In this document: positions 41,188 to 53,769 of the stretch, piece after piece
Position numbering within the stretch: the first letter of the stretch is position 1
How the letters are laid out: each line of letters opens with the position of its first letter
NCBI RefSeq assembly: GCF_009914755.1
Contig: NC_060926.1
Length of the DNA: 64,000 nucleotides
Reading direction: 5' to 3' (one strand)
DNA from: the human T2T-CHM13v2.0 reference genome, Homo sapiens
The notes under the pieces: model-generated
The model's database searches: none
What the model was told of the DNA's origin: nothing
What the model saw: only the letters and a program-made list of their open reading frames with translations
Translations under genes and position numbers: made by a program

Positions 41188-41701
41188 TGTAGGGTAAACA
41201 CACCTGATAGCAATAGCTTAACAATCTCTTTGGAATGACCCTCTATGGCAGACACACCTGAATGTGTGTTTCAAGCTAGGGAATCCAGGAACAGCTAACC
41301 TGGAGATTCGTTCCTTGTCCGTGAGGAACACCTGAGCCCTCATCCAGTCTCGTGGATCACAGGCTGCACAGGGGAATGAGGCTTTGAGTTTTGGGTTGGA
41401 TGAAGGTTGCCAGGTGGAGGTCCTTAAGGGGAGGGCTTTAAGTGAAAATGCTATATAAACTGCATGCTGGTAGCAAGAGGTTGTGGTTTTCCTGCCCAGC
41501 CCTCCGCCACTGGGCTGTGGAGCCCGCTGCTGCTGGTGCATTCTTGTACGTGAGGTGTTTCTCCTGTCCAGCCTGGCACCACTGGCCTCTTTCCCCGGTA
41601 TGTAAACCCTTAAAATCCCATATCTTGTTTGCTGGCTCTGGGTCTCGTCTTTGGCCTCTTGAACCTCAGCCCTATTGGGTTAATAAGGATTCAGCACAAC
41701 A
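41188..41701 (+). mobile_element. Solo LTR, LTR47-like (ERVL)
   Basis: TG...CA termini (TGTAGGGTAAACACACCTGATAGCAAT ... CAGCACAACA), 5-bp TSD GAGGC/GATGC and internal TATATAAA. The 5' end matches recalled LTR47A. Confidence 0.8.
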
Positions 41702-42139
41702 GATGCTGATGAGAACATTTTGAGATTGACAAAGCTAGATGATGAGAAAACTGTAAAAGCTTAGACTGTTTTACCCACAGGTTTCCTTTAGCTCTATAGC
41801 ATATGGAGTTTGTAGGTAATTATACAGAAATCTAAAGCTAATATGAGATTTTTCAAGGAAGAGTCAGTATCTCCCTTATCCCTGGAGTTCAGGGAGCCCA
41901 GCACAGTGGGTAACACATTGACACATAGTAGGTGTGCAATAAATGTTAATTGAGTGACTTTGTGTAATCTCACATTTAATCCAAATATGAGTCCTTTGAA
42001 CTGTTTCTCACTTTTCCAAATCACAAAGACTGCTTAACCATTTAAAAAAAATACAAATCTTAATTGCTATAAAATTGGGAATTTTAAGACACTAAAGTCT
42101 TCCTTCCAAAGCACAAAAGCTAGTTGCATTTTGGTATTT

Positions 42140-42570
42140 TTCCTTCATTCATGAATTCAGCAAATATTCATTGAACAACAACTATGTGCCAGGCACTGTT
42201 CCATACATTGGGAAAAACAGTAGAGGAAAAGGCAAACAAGGCCCTAGCTCAGGGAGCTTAATTCTAGTGGGGGAAACACAGACAGTCAGCATATAAAAAT
42301 ATATATGTTAATTTCAGTTAGGAGGAGGGCTGCAGTGAAATTAAAACAAGTAGTGGGATGGAGAGTAACCAGGAGTACTGGAGTACAGCTCTTTTATATA
42401 AAAGACAGTCAAAGAAGACCTCTGACAAGGTGACATTTAACTGGGAACTGAAGGATAAGAAGGAGCCAGCCGTGTGAAGATTGGGAGGTATTCCAGGTAA
42501 ACAGGTGGTGTAAAGGACCTACGGCAAGATCACGTTTAACAGAGAAGGACAAAAACAAGATGAATATGTC
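42140..42570 (-). mobile_element. L2 3' end
   Basis: cattcatgaattcagcaaatattcattgaacaacaactatgtgccaggcactgttc...ggagcttaattctagtggggga...ggtgacatttaactgggaactgaagga. Confidence 0.8.
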
Positions 42571-42659
42571 TATTCTGGAGTCTAGTGAGAAAGCCATAGC
42601 TTTTCCCAAATTCTTACATGTTTTTAGCATATGATCACAGTGTCTATTCAATTTTTAAG

Positions 42660-43080
42660 GGCTGCATCATGGTTAAGAACAGTCTCTGCAGTGACACTGC
42701 TTGGATCTAAATCCTGGCCCCTCCTTTTCTAGCTGGGTAACCTTGAGGAAATTTACCTAACTATTCTGGCAGGTTTTCTTACCTACAACTTAGTGATGAT
42801 AATACCTACCTCATACAGTTGTGAATGTAAGATTTCACAGAATCATTTGGTTAATATTTATTGCACACTTATTTTGTGTCCATGTGTTAGCCACAGTGCT
42901 GGGCCCTAGAACTCCAGAGGCAAGGAAAATACGGAATCTTCCTCATTTTAGCCTTAGACTTCTGTATAATTGCCCACAAACTCTCTATGATACAGAGGTT
43001 ATACACTAAACGAATTATCAATAATTGTTGTACGTAGGTAAGTACCTGGAACATAAAAAGTGCTTCTTAAAATAATTATA
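42660..43080 (+). mobile_element. MIR split by a ~175-bp insertion
   Basis: 5' part atggttaagaacag...aaatcctggccc...gctgggtaaccttgagga...ataatacctacctcatacagttgtga; 3' part agtacctggaacataaaaagtgctt. Confidence 0.7.
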
Positions 43081-44703
43081 CCTTTTTAACCCCCTGACTT
43101 GACTGTATGGGAAAAATAAGCCATTTTGTTACGTACTCTTAATGATTATTTTCGTTGGTTCTGAGTATCCCCTAATGTAATTAAATCTATAAGAAGCATG
43201 TTGTTGTTAATTTTTCTACATCATAAATCACTTGACAAAGACTATCATTATCATGCTTTGAAATCTAAAATAGTGATCACCTGGGTGGCAGAGCGTGGGT
43301 GAAACAATAAAAACTTTTCACTGATCAAAATCTCTTTAAGGAGCATGGCTCATTTTGATGGGTTTCTCCTGAGGTTACTAAATAACAACAACAAAAAAGG
43401 TAGATATGCTATCAAATTCTATCCTGCCGGCTGGGTTTATCCTGTAGGAAAGTTATACAATGTTTCAAAAAAAAATTCAGTTGCCAGAAAAAAGTCTCAT
43501 AATTTACCATAAAAAAACAAATTTCTGGCTTCTGAAAAAGCCTATTTATGTTGAACTTATAGAATTGGATATAATGGCTAAGAGGCAACAAACATGGACA
43601 GAATATGTTTTTAAAACATATTTACCATTCTTTCATAATTTCATGTTTTATCCTAATGTTCATAATGTTAAAAACATTGGCTAAAAATATAATAAGCTTC
43701 ATATACTAAAATTCTGAAGTATTTTATGGACAATGACTTGAGAAAAGTATGGAATCTACAGAGAAACCTAGAAAATTTATCTGTGGAGAAACTTCTTGAA
43801 AAAATAGTAAAGAAATTCTCAACTGGTAAACTTTTTAAAAAATAATTGGCGGTATGGAGGTATGCCAATGTAAAGTTGTATAAGTATGATTAACTTGAAT
43901 CAAGTGAAAATATGAAAAGACAAATGTGGGTGATATTCCTATTGATTATTGTGAATTATTGAAATAAAAAACATCTTTTAAGTAATACCCACATTGTAAT
44001 TGTGTAATAGGAAGCACACATTTTAATCCTTTTGGTCTAAGTTAAATTTACCAAATGAAATTATATTTGTGTGTATAGTCTTAAAGTCTGAAAAGTGAAT
44101 TTCTAAAAGGCATAGTTGACACTTAATAAATATGTATTGAATTTGCTAACATGTGAAACACAAACCTGAAAGGGGAATTGGAGATTAATCCACCTGCTCA
44201 ATTTTCTAGATGATGTAGTCAGATTCTAAGCAACTCTACTATAGTCGCAAAACTAAAACTCTGTAACAGTTTTTTGCATTGCACTATGATTTATCAATTT
44301 TTTCTTTTACTGTTAGGTCTAAAAGTAATATAACTTAACATGCTTTTATGTTACTTTAGACATTGAAGAGCAATATTCCATATTACTAAATAGCAGATTT
44401 TAAAACTTTCATTATTCTTAAATTACTAAAGAATACCATCTCAAAATATCAGTATTCTAGATATTAATTTTTCCTATGGTTTATAGTTAATTAAATAATT
44501 TTAAAAATAAGTCTGTAATTTTAGACATTGAAAAAAATTAGGTCCCAAATGAAAATTCCTACAAATTAGGTTTCCCCTGGGGAAAACAAAAAAGGCATTA
44601 TATCATAAATATGTATAGCTGCTAACTCAATAAACTCCTATTTCTCTGACATCTATCTACAGTGTTGCATCCTCTTATTCTTACTTCATTTTTGTGATTA
44701 CAG

Positions 44704-44793
44704 AAAACTGGGCACAAACCAGAAAGTGTGGATTTGTGTGGAGCACACATTGAATGGGCCAAGGAAAAATCGAGCAGAAAGAATGTCTTTCAG
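44704..44793 (+). CDS. ARHGAP15: ARHGAP15 internal coding exon (90 nt; probably exon 6): KTGHKPESVDLCGAHIEWAKEKSSRKNVFQ
   Basis: Acceptor ttttgtgattacag|AAA and donor CAG|gtaaga; phase 0/0. The DL.GA.I.WA.EKSS.KNVFQ motif is characteristic of ARHGAP9/12/15/27 PH domains. Confidence 0.95.
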
Positions 44794-47700
44794 GTAAGAA
44801 TGTTACATATATTCAATTTATTCCTATTCTCTCTAAATCTGAGCTCTCTTGGGTAACTAAAATAAGACTACCTTCTTGTGATGTGCTCATGTACATGAAC
44901 TCGTTGTCTGAAGGTCATGAAAGGCGACTCCTCTTCCCAGTTGAATCTTTGGTTTTGTTGCTTTTTTTCTGGCGACTGGTTGCTATCTAAACACAAAATG
45001 TATGTTGCACGTTGATTAATATAAACACACAAAAGTCATTGAAGTTTGCAGTATATGCGATAGATGTCTGGAGTTCAAACATGGGATGTTTGACTTAAGT
45101 AGATTTGATCTAGAATTTTCAGATGCACACAAACTAAGACTCACCAAGTATAAGCTATTTACATTCATTGACACTCTTGCCTTCTAGTCATTAATTACAT
45201 TTACCAGTATAACTTACAAGAATGGAGAGGGCTGAACAGCTATAAAAAATAGATTCTTTCATATTGCTTACTTTAGTTTTTTGAAAAAAAAAGTTGATTA
45301 ATAATTGCAATCATATTCGATTGAATGGCAAGAACCAGATGAAATCCTTGAGAGAGATAAAATTGGAAAATGTAATTTCACACGTTACCAAAATCACCTA
45401 ATTGCGTGATTTATCTGGTAATTAATAATTTGAGATCTTGGAGTTTGATTTTTGTTCTATTTTATATGAAATTTAATTTTATATTTCCAAAGTAACCAGT
45501 AATTAGATATATTTTAGAATTTATATAATTTAGTAGAAGAGAGATAGAGTATAATAATTATTTTTTAAATTAAATGTCTTCTGAGAGCATGTTGGCCCTT
45601 GAATAAAAGTCAATTCTTCTACTCTTAAATGCTTTGCTGAAATTAATATTGGGTCCTATGGAAGCATAGGTAGGTGACATTTTCTACCGACACTCTCACT
45701 GAGGGGAAGAAGCTGGTTTCCAGTTCGGTTTGTATTTTCCAGATGCTATTCAGGTATATCCAAATAATTTGGGTCCATAAAATATTTTAACACATTCTAG
45801 AATAAATTACTTTTCTGGTTCTAGTTTTATTTTGCTTAGGTATAGAGATTTTTTATCAAACAAGAAAGTGAGAGAATATATGCAATTATTATTTGTCAAT
45901 TAAAAATAAAATTTAAAAAGGAAGGAAGGAAATAAAAGGGAGAGAGAAAAGATAGAAGAAAACCAAACACGCTTGTCCTGAAATCAATGCTCTAAAGCTG
46001 AAAGTGACTAAAATGTGGCTTTACAGAATCAAGAAGGAGAAATAAACTTTCTTTCAAAGGGAGGAACTATAGATCAGTGACTTCCCCTTTCCCCCAATTT
46101 CTTACTCTTATTATTCTACCATAAATAACAGTTTAGAGGTTATAATTCTAGCCTTATGACAACTTAGATGATCAACATAAGAAGCTCTGAAGTAGACCGG
46201 GAAAGCTCAGTGGTAGAGCCTTATTATGTACTGTGAATTTAGCATCCTAATCACCAAAATTGTAAAAGATGTTGAAATTTGTCATAGACATTATTCTTGG
46301 ACAATAGCAATTCTTTGGAGATGGGCTAAGCCAGCCTTTTTCAGTTTCTTCTGTTAATCTTATGAAGAGTTAAATTAGTTCACAAATGAGGATGACAGTC
46401 AGCTATATTTGATGCATACAGGGCTGAAAATATTGATGAAAAAATTATGTATATTTTTATATAACTATGAACATTATATGCACAGATAGACATTTCAGCC
46501 ACCTATATTGACAGTGTGTATCATCCCAATCTTTTCAGGATATGACTAATCACCTCCTGTTGCAATTTTCTATTTGATTTTTATATTTTTGAATGTAGAT
46601 CCTTCCAAAGATATTAAAAACTATTCTCACTTTTGGTAGCTTTCTGAAGGTGAAAATTTTGCCAGCTAGTTTTGTTTGTAATGTAATTGAACAGTTCATG
46701 GGGCCTCAGTCTTCTTACAGACGCTTTATTTTTTTTTAGTCTTGTACTTTTAGAGAAACAAGAGGTGATCATAAGGATATTGTGAATAACAAACCAAAAG
46801 AAAAGATTCAAGTTTCATGTTCTGTTTCATTCTTTTTGAGTGAATCCCTTGGTTTCCTTGTCGTGCTGAAATCTTTTCATCACCTAAATGCATGAGTTTT
46901 GGTAAAACTGACTAATACATATCCATAGATACAGACTATGAGAGTAAGCCTTTTGAGAGGAACAATATAAATAGCTTCTATAGTTCTGTTAACAAAAAAG
47001 CGTCGGGAAGGATTTGCCAGAGAGCTAAATCTAGATGACTTGCATCAATATTTGATTAGATACATTAGCTGGTCGAACTCTCAAATGATCAGAATAAACA
47101 TGATTATGTCTTAAAAACATGGTATTAAGGCATTGTTGGACGTTGGAGTGTATGTGTGCAATGGTTTCATTACCTGCAGAATAATGAAGTGTTTCTTCCT
47201 GACTGAAAAAGACCATCATAGCTTCAGCTGATGTGCTACATTGGAAATAGCTTTAGAATTCCAAGTTTGAATTAGGCTTGGTGTTCAATCTCAGTCTATG
47301 AATTATAGATTACAGATAGCAAATGACTATTGAGATTTTTGGTTCAAGGAAAATCAAAGAAGAGCAAAATTAGAAATATTTTAAAATTTGAAATCTGTCT
47401 TTAAAAAGTTTGATGGATTAGCAATTGTATGCCATGTAATTACAATGTCTGCAGAGAAGTTGAACTTAAAATGAATAGGAAAACAAACAAAAAATTGTAT
47501 GTGCCTGAGAAATGTTGCAAGTCTCAGAAGCACACATTTGTGACAACCAAAAATGGACAGATTTCATTTATTTCATTTGTTCATATATGCTGTTTGGATG
47601 TTTGAGTTGTTTTCTCTTTGTACTGAAATCCAAATTTTCCTTCCTAGTTGAAATCCTATCAAACTGTTGACATGGACTGAATCTTATTTGATTGCTATGT

Positions 47701-47889
47701 GGAAACATAACAATGACAACATTAATTATTAAGTTTTGGTATTCAACAACTTTCAGTAAATCAGAATGATACTTGCTAAGTTTAAGAATATCTGCATATT
47801 TTATAACAGCACACTCTTTGGCCTAATTGGTACTTCTTAACAATAAATAATAAAAGAATTCTATAATAAAGTATGTATTAGATGTTATA

Positions 47890-48003
47890 ATTTATATTAA
47901 AATATATACATGAATATACATGTATAAAATATATATACTTATATACATAAAATATATATGCAAATATACATATGTATATATACTCTACCTGTGTGTATAC
48001 ACA
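47890..48003. repeat. (TA)-rich low-complexity tract
   Basis: Direct reading: atatatacatgaatatacatgtataaaatatatatac... Confidence 0.8.
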
Positions 48004-51000
48004 CCTAATAGCTTGACCTTAGGAAATAGAGTAAGCACTTCCACACACAAACACAGAAAGATAGTACACATTTATAAAAGATCATACAAATTCTAAGTTA
48101 AAGTGGTAAATGTCCATTGCTGCTAACTTTTGTTTAATTCTGCATTTATGTTCATTGTCAAGGACTGTCACAAGTTTGATGTAGTTCGAGAAACCTTTAG
48201 CAACTCAGCTATAACGAGCTGGGTACGCGTTTTCTTAGTTAACAGCAACACTAGGTCTTCATCAGGGATAGAGTGAATAAAAAGATTTATGTTCAAACCA
48301 CATGTTTTAAACATTCCTGCTAAGTGCTAGTTTGCTCTTTGGTGTTTAGCCTGAAATTTAAAGCACTAAGGATTAAAAGGATTACAACATAATCTTAAAT
48401 AATCCTAAATGTCATTTACAGAGAGATAGTTGTAATAACTAAATAAAACCATGTGAAAGGATGGCAGCATTGTCAGGCAGCCTCCCTCACACAAGCGGGG
48501 CTACTGTCACCTTCTGTTTCCTGGCTGGGCATGTTAGGCAGTTACAGTCTTTCAATAAGAAGTTCAACTGAGAAAATGGCTGCAAAATAATTTAGAACAA
48601 GTTTGTTTAAAAAAAAAAAAAACTCTTATATCTTGTTTCTAAGTTGAAGGAAATTTTTCAGTTAGGTTTTGTCTTTTCCTTTGAACACAAACCTTTCTGA
48701 GTTAAATATTTTGGAAAGCCTAGGGAAAGGAAGTTCGTGACATGGCTATCAAATAGACAACTGATGTATCTCTAAAAAATTCCCCAATGTCCAAGGAGAT
48801 ACCCCCTTATTAAATATGTGAGAGTCTCAGAGCACTATAATTATTTCCGTGTCATTAAATTTAGTACTTAAATATCCTTTACTTAAATATTCTGTCATGC
48901 AAATTAGTCTTGTCTCCCCAAAGAAAATACATAGAAACTATATCCCATACTGTCTTCTACTTATTAAGCCAGAAGACTGAACACTTTTTAGCTGAATAAT
49001 TGTTACTGCTAAGGGTACAGTTGCATTCCTTTAATAAAACAAAACAAATTCACTCCTATTAAAAAAAAAAAAGTTATTTGTATCCACAATATAGGCCCTG
49101 TACTCCAAAATTTCCAGGGTGTAAAATAGGAAGTAAAGATGAAGAAGATAACTGTTTCCTGGGTCTTTTTCATTACAGGTTATAAGACAGCATTATTTAT
49201 TTAAGATAATTAAATCATTTTTACTCTAAAAATTTACCTTTTCTTAGAGCCAGACAGTGACTGGCCTCAGTTTTCCTGAGCTTCCTTTAAAATAAAGTTT
49301 TTAAAAACATACATTGGGCTCTTCTATAGATTTCATGCTTTCAGTAGGATATTTCTGCCAATTAATAAATCATGGCTGATTAGGAATATGTCAATTACCT
49401 GTTTGCTGCTTGAAAGGCAGAAAAAATTAAATGACTAAAGAAGAGGAAAGTCTGTTATCCTCCCCCCGCCACCACCAATTTGTAACCTCAACAAATATCA
49501 TGGTCACATTTCCTGGATTTGAGATTATTTTTCAAGATTCTTTTTCAATATATTAAAAAATAGATCTCGGGGGACAGATTCTGTCCCTAAAAGTAAACCT
49601 CGGAATAGATTTATTATTTATATTACTTCTCTGACTTTGGATGGAGTCTTCTGACTACAATGTATATTAAACTTTTTTATGTAATATTCTCCATGGATAT
49701 GCATTACATTTAAACATAATTTGATCTTTCTGATCTGAATATGTCTTATCTTAAAATGTTTAAGTACTACTTAAGTTTATTAATGTGAAGATAATTTAAT
49801 AACATCTTAAAAAAACATAATTTTAAGCCAAAAGGAAAACTACTGGTATTGTGCTTTTATCCATTTCCTTGTGTTACAAGTGGTGGTTTAAAATAAATCC
49901 GAGCTTTTACCAATTTTCTTTCATTTTTCAGTGCTTGTAGTTAGACTAAATGCAAAAGGATGATTCTTCACATTCATACATGCATTAGATTTCCAGTAAA
50001 GCTGGTTTCACTTTAGAGAATTAAAGTATCTTAAAAGACACGGCATTAAAAATAGACCAGAGTAAGAGAAACATTCACGTCTAACACAGTTGTTTTTTGC
50101 CCTACAGCTTGTCCCCAATCATTTCATCTACCTATTAGATATTCATCCAACATTCAGGAGGTGCAGTGGAGAGAACACATGGGTCTGGGGATGTGTGTTC
50201 CAATTTGGGCTATGTCAGTTGTAACTTTATGCAGAACTCACAGCAGGATCCTCCTCCAACTTTGTCACACCAAGGAAATAAGAGATGACAGTCCTCACCT
50301 CACCTGCCCATCTGTGTTAATACTAAAATGAAGCAATCCTGTATGTTTGTTTGAGAGCAACTACAAAGAAGTGATTTTAATACAAATACAGCAGACTTTC
50401 ATTATTCATCTACTAACCACATCATCTCACAATGTTTTGAGGGAAATTCCAGATATGAATTTTAGAAGAATAGGGTTGAGAGAGGTAAATATCTGTGAAA
50501 TGTAACTCAAAATTTCTGCTCTACTTCTGGTCTTTCTGTTGCCTTCTGAACTTAATAGACTGATATTTAATACACAACATGAAAATCTTTTTATTGTGTG
50601 ACTAAGAATATAGATCCTTAATCTTATTTTTAATGTGCTATTCTTAGTGGCATTAATGTAATATCCAATTAATTAATCAATGACATATTCAAATTAATAC
50701 TTAAAAGCATATCACCTTGAAAGCCCTACCAAGCTGTTAATAGAAACTTGCAAAAGGTAACATAGAAACAAGTGTAGCAACTATGCCCCAAGTGAAAGAG
50801 GGACAATAGTGACACTTATTACTCCCCTACTGAGGTATCAGTACAATACTGTTTTTCTGATTGAAGGGAAAGAGATATGATTATTTGTATGATGTTTAGC
50901 TTCACTTTTGTTGATGCGGTCACACAGATTTTGCACAGAGGGAGGCATAAAATTTTATAATTAGAGATTTGATTTAAGAATATGAATGTCAGGGGTATAT

Positions 51001-53750
51001 AAAGATTGAGTGCAAATGATAGAATCTGGGGACAGGAAATAAAATTGATTGTAAGAATCTAGATGAGATCAAGAGAGCATGTTAGCTTTGACTGATGAAA
51101 GGAGAAACAGAAACAAGAAGATGGATGGAAAGTACATTCTGCAAATGAAGAACATGCCTATTGGTTCAGATAATGTGACTTGGGAACCACTGTCTTTTTG
51201 CACGTTTAATTTTCTAAGAAATAATAAAACTTTTTTAAAAAATATATTCTAGACATCTAGAATTAAGATTTATAAACTAAGTGTATCGTTAGGGAAAACA
51301 ACACGAACTTTATGTTGCCTGGGTGATCCCGTGAAACTCACTAGTCAAAGCCTTAGACATCAAGGATGTATGCTCATTTGCACACCTTCATTGTTTCATT
51401 ACTAGAGGGCATAATGCTGCCTTACTAGATTCATTCTTTTTGAACTATCAAAGCAGCATGCAACCGGATGACAGTAAAGATTGAAAATAGTAGTATTAGT
51501 ACATTTTGGTCCCCAATTAGTGAAGGGAACCAAAATTTTGTAATTCCAAAATAACATAAAACAAAAGAAAAAAGTCAACTTGGCTTCTTCTGTTTCTAAC
51601 ATTTCAGCAGAAGAATGGATGCACGTCATCTAATGAACTTAGACAACTGGATAGCTCACTTCACATTGCCTTCTGGAATAGCTGGCTATGTGAGCTCAAA
51701 GATATGAGTTGTGCAGTTGGAATAAATTCTGGGTTTTAGTCTGACACCAGGCTAAATGCACCATGCTGTTCTTCATTTACCGACATCATATTGTGAATCC
51801 CTTCCTCTCATGGAACATATTCTGTTTCTTGATGATTTGGTAGAGCTAGTGTGGTAGTCTCTATGCCATCCATGGGCTCCTGTGGCTTGCAACGCACTTT
51901 CTCTGTTTTCCCATAAGCAGAATGAGACTAACTGAGCCACATGGAGATCAAACCTGAGACTTGACACGATGCACTCCAACCTGGGCAAAAGAAACCACTG
52001 CCACTGGGGAATTTTATGGAGTAAGGTAGAATCAACAAGTGTATGGTTTTTCTACTTGTTATTTTAATCTCATTTATAAAGTATAGAAAATATATTGATG
52101 CTAGCAAGACAATATTCAAGCCAAGGGATCCTTTTTCATATCTGTTTCAATATCTTTTATTTTTAAAGAGAGCAGCCATGTGTATTTCATGCTGTGTATG
52201 ATTTTTAATAGCAAACAGACCTATTCCAGAAAAAGGAACAATTTAATCCCTAAAGCTGGTACATAATAGATGGGGCCAGTAAATGGTATCACATTTTACA
52301 GCTTGTCCATAAGGATGACACAGGATGAAATAAAATTGAGTGCTTTTGGATAGCATAGGATCACTGGCTGATAAATAGATGACGCTATTCAGTTTTTAGA
52401 AACATAAGGTAATGAAGCTGGATCTGAAAGCAAGAGAAAAAATACATATATATATATATGTATTCAGTGTTTATATGCCACAAGCCACTGAGCAGGAGGA
52501 AAATCTGGGCAGCGGTGAGCAAAGCTGAAACCTCAGAGCAATGTTTAAAGCAATATAAGAAAATAACAAAGCAAGCATCCATAAACAAAGGCTTGAAATG
52601 CACAGAAAAATAAGTTCAAGATGAAAGGAAAATGCCCACACTTATGCATAACTGGAAAGGCCACTTATGGCATCTATGCATAGAGTCTCTCAATGTAAGA
52701 GTTAAACATACTACTAAACATTTAGCAGAAAAAAAATTCAAAAGGATATAAAACACTGCAGGGCAGTTAAGGATTCTTGGTATTTGAAGAGGGGAGGAGG
52801 CTGCTCTTTTATCTTAACAAAACAGGATGTTGAGAGGTGGCCTAAGTGAAACAATGAAATGAAATGGTTGATGTTGGGGAGAAATCAGGAAGGAAGCTGT
52901 TTGAACTCTTTTCAGATAACACTGATGGGTATGAGATGGCTTAACCAAGGGAGAGGTGTTCACATGGAGGGTTTAGATGCATTTCTTTTTAGTAGAGAGC
53001 TATTAGATTCTTGACCTCAGCCTCATCAATTTACCTAACATTGCATTTCCGGCACTGGGAGAAATTCTAACAGTCTCACTTTCTGGGTGAACAAGTGTAA
53101 ACTAAAAAAATTACAGTGGCAAAATTAACAAATTGCTGAAGCACCTTGAAAACGGAAATACCAATAATGAGGATTCCTTTCCCAAGTAACTTAGAAAGAC
53201 CTTGATTGTGGTCTTTTTTTTTTTCTTGAAGTTGAATTTTAAGCAATGCTTCATTTTCAAAATTCCCATGCCCTTGATCAAGTAAAAGGCAAGCTTCTGA
53301 TATTTGAGATCTGCGATAGATTTGAAATCAATTCATGGAAAGGGAGGTTACGAACATACTCTTTTGATGTGTAGGATGTACTGATAGGGGTGGCAGAAAA
53401 TTATGTGAAACCCTTCTCTTTTGACAGCTATACTGGAACATTTACAACCACAGATGTTATTTGTCCATCAGAAAAGAAAATATTTGTTTCAAGCTTCAGG
53501 CATTTTCTACTACAGTATCAATATGAAATTCAACCTCAATTTAATGTTTAATGCATATGAAAATAAATATTTGGAGGGGGCAAATACTAGAAAACAATTG
53601 AACCCCACAAAATGTAACTAGCAATATGGAAAAAAATGCTGGCTTCATTACGAGCAAATTTGTCCTTTTACTAAAGTAAGGATTGTTCTATTATTAACAT
53701 AGGAAATCTTAGATGGACTGCAAAGAATGCTGCATTATTCATAAAAGCAT

Positions 53751-53769
53751 TGCTGCCATCTGGTGGCTA
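53751..53769 (-). promoter_or_regulatory. Candidate CTCF binding site
   Basis: The minus strand reads TAGCCACCAGATGGCAGCA, matching the CTCF core consensus CCASYAGRKGGCR. Motif only; occupancy unknown. Confidence 0.6.

Noticed and set aside
41794-43009. Two similar peptides (41794-42024 -, 42821-43009 +) as a paralogous micropeptide pair
   Set aside because: The similarity follows from the DNA-level inverted duplication. The frames diverge after indels and the starts are non-ATG.
44754-44990. ORF MGQGKIEQ... overlapping the 90-nt exon
   Set aside because: Out of frame with the PH-domain reading and runs into intron; no independent support.
49571-49587. Palindrome GGGACAGA-T-TCTGTCCC
   Set aside because: An 8-bp inverted repeat with a 1-nt spacer can arise by chance in 64 kb, and it has no supporting context.
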